From the IMG/VR virus record IMGVR_UViG_2718217885_000004, positions 1-36,487 of that record: a stretch of DNA of 36,487 nucleotides. One strand, 5' to 3'. The DNA comes from a virus. Lineage: Duplodnaviria; Heunggongvirae; Uroviricota; Caudoviricetes. The notes below the pieces were generated by a model. That model had not been told where the DNA came from. It saw nothing but the letters and a program-made list of their open reading frames with translations, and ran no database searches. Positions 35,126 to 36,487 of this stretch are shown here, piece by piece; within the stretch, counting starts at the first letter, position 1; each line of letters begins with the position of its first letter. Both the position numbers and the translations under genes were made by a program.

Positions 35126-36487
35126 TCACTTACCGTGGGGATTACGCGTGGTTTCCCCGGAGAAATTACGCATCAGCAGCGCGTAATTGAGCTCAAGATC
35201 CTGCGGGACCGGGAGCCACACAGTATAACCATCGCCTGGTGCTATCGGCATAGCTTCGCCTTTGGCGTTTTCCATGTGCTCAAGGGTAAAATTAATGTTG
35301 CCTTGCGGCGTCATCAGCTCAAGGCTGTCGCCAACGGAGAATTTATTTTTCACCGCTACCGCCGCGAGGTCCCCCTTGCGCTCACCGGTAAACTCACCAA
35401 CAAACTGCTGGCGGTCAGAAACTGAATAACCGTATTCGTAGTTCTGATAATCGTCGTGAGTATGACGACGCAGGAAACCTTCGGTATAGCCACGATGCGC
35501 CAGACCTTCCAGAGTTTCCAGCAGGCTGGTATCGAACGGTTTTCCCGCAGCGGCGTCATCGATAGCTTTGCGGTAAACCTGTGCGGTGCGTGCACAATAG
35601 TAGAAAGATTTGGTACGACCTTCGATTTTCAGCGAATGCACGCCCATTTTGGTCAGGCGTTCTACATGGGCGATGGCGCGCAGATCTTTCGAGTTCATGA
35701 TGTAAGTGCCGTGCTCATCTTCAAACGCGGTCATATACTCGCCCGGACGCTGGGCCTCTTCGATCATAAACACTTTGTCGGTTGGTGCGCCGATACCCAG
35801 CGTCGGCTCAACATTTTGCACCGGAATCGGCTCGTACTTGTGTACGATGTTGCCAACATCATCTTCTTTCCCTTCCTGGACGTTGTACTCCCAGCGGCAG
35901 GCGTTGGTGCAGGTGCCCTGGTTCGGGTCGCGCTTGTTGATATAGCCAGAGAGCAGGCAGCGACCGGAGTAGGCCATGCACAGCGCGCCGTGAACGAAGA
36001 TCTCGATCTCCATATCCGGCACCTGATTGCGGATCTCTTCAATCTCTTCCAGCGACAGCTCGCGAGAGAGGATCACGCGGGTCAGGCCCATTTGCTGCCA
36101 GAATTTCACCGTCGCCCAGTTCACGGCGTTAGCCTGCACCGAAAGGTGGATCGGCATTTCAGGGAAGTGCTCACGCACCAGCATAATCAGCCCTGGATCG
36201 GACATAATCAGCGCATCCGGCCCCATTTCCACCACCGGTTTCAGGTCACGGATAAAGGTTTTCAGCTTGGCGTTGTGCGGTGCAATGTTGACCACGACAT
36301 AAAACTTTTTCCCCAGCGCGTGGGCTTCATTGATGCCGAGCTGAAGATTTTCGTGGTTGAATTCGTTGTTGCGCACACGCAGGGAATAACGCGGCTGGCC
36401 CGCATAAACAGCATCTGCGCCATAAGCGAAAGCGTAACGCATATTTTTCAGCGTTCCCGCCGGGGAAAGGAGTTCCGGTTTAAACAT
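35126..36487 (-). CDS. yegQ: Peptidase U32-family protein YegQ (tRNA hydroxylation protein), 453 aa
   Basis: Complete ORF whose ATG is the last three bases of the window. Product begins MFKPELLSPAG. Recognised as E. coli YegQ from memory. Confidence 0.85.
   Translation of the reverse strand: MFKPELLSPAGTLKNMRYAFAYGADAVYAGQPRYSLRVRNNEFNHENLQLGINEAHALGKKFYVVVNIAPHNAKLKTFIRDLKPVVEMGPDALIMSDPGLIMLVREHFPEMPIHLSVQANAVNWATVKFWQQMGLTRVILSRELSLEEIEEIRNQVPDMEIEIFVHGALCMAYSGRCLLSGYINKRDPNQGTCTNACRWEYNVQEGKEDDVGNIVHKYEPIPVQNVEPTLGIGAPTDKVFMIEEAQRPGEYMTAFEDEHGTYIMNSKDLRAIAHVERLTKMGVHSLKIEGRTKSFYYCARTAQVYRKAIDDAAAGKPFDTSLLETLEGLAHRGYTEGFLRRHTHDDYQNYEYGYSVSDRQQFVGEFTGERKGDLAAVAVKNKFSVGDSLELMTPQGNINFTLEHMENAKGEAMPIAPGDGYTVWLPVPQDLELNYALLMRNFSGETTRNPHGK

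Noticed and set aside
1-36487. Insertion sequences, transposases or integrons
   Set aside because: No transposase-like ORF or terminal inverted repeats seen. The only recombinase is the prophage tyrosine integrase.

Overview
This window reads as an Escherichia coli-type chromosomal segment carrying a complete P2-like temperate myovirus prophage of about 33.2 kb. Host genes yegS (1-900, minus) and a yegR-like lipoprotein gene (1315-1632) lie on the left, and yegQ (35126-36487, minus) on the right. The prophage is bounded by an exact 27-bp direct repeat (1791-1817 and 34955-34981). Gene order follows the P2 backbone: int, C, cox, B, small early ORFs, A, then cos, Q, P, O, N, M, L, X, Y, K, lysA, lysB/lysC, R, S, V, W, J, I, H, G, FI, FII, E/E', T, U, D, ogr. 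Three visibly AT-rich cargo genes interrupt this backbone, all on the minus strand, opposite to the late operons. (1) 7946-10540: an 864-aa protein with an N-terminal SIR2-like domain (motifs GAGAS, TTNFD, KLHGD, GYAGND) and a long helical C-terminal region, lying between A and cos. This is the strongest candidate for a single-gene NAD+-depleting anti-phage system. (2) 20317-21561: a 414-aa P-loop NTPase between S and V. (3) 27071-27850: a 259-aa protein with one N-terminal transmembrane helix, between G and FI. All calls rest on reading the sequence and recalled family knowledge; no database search or computation was run.
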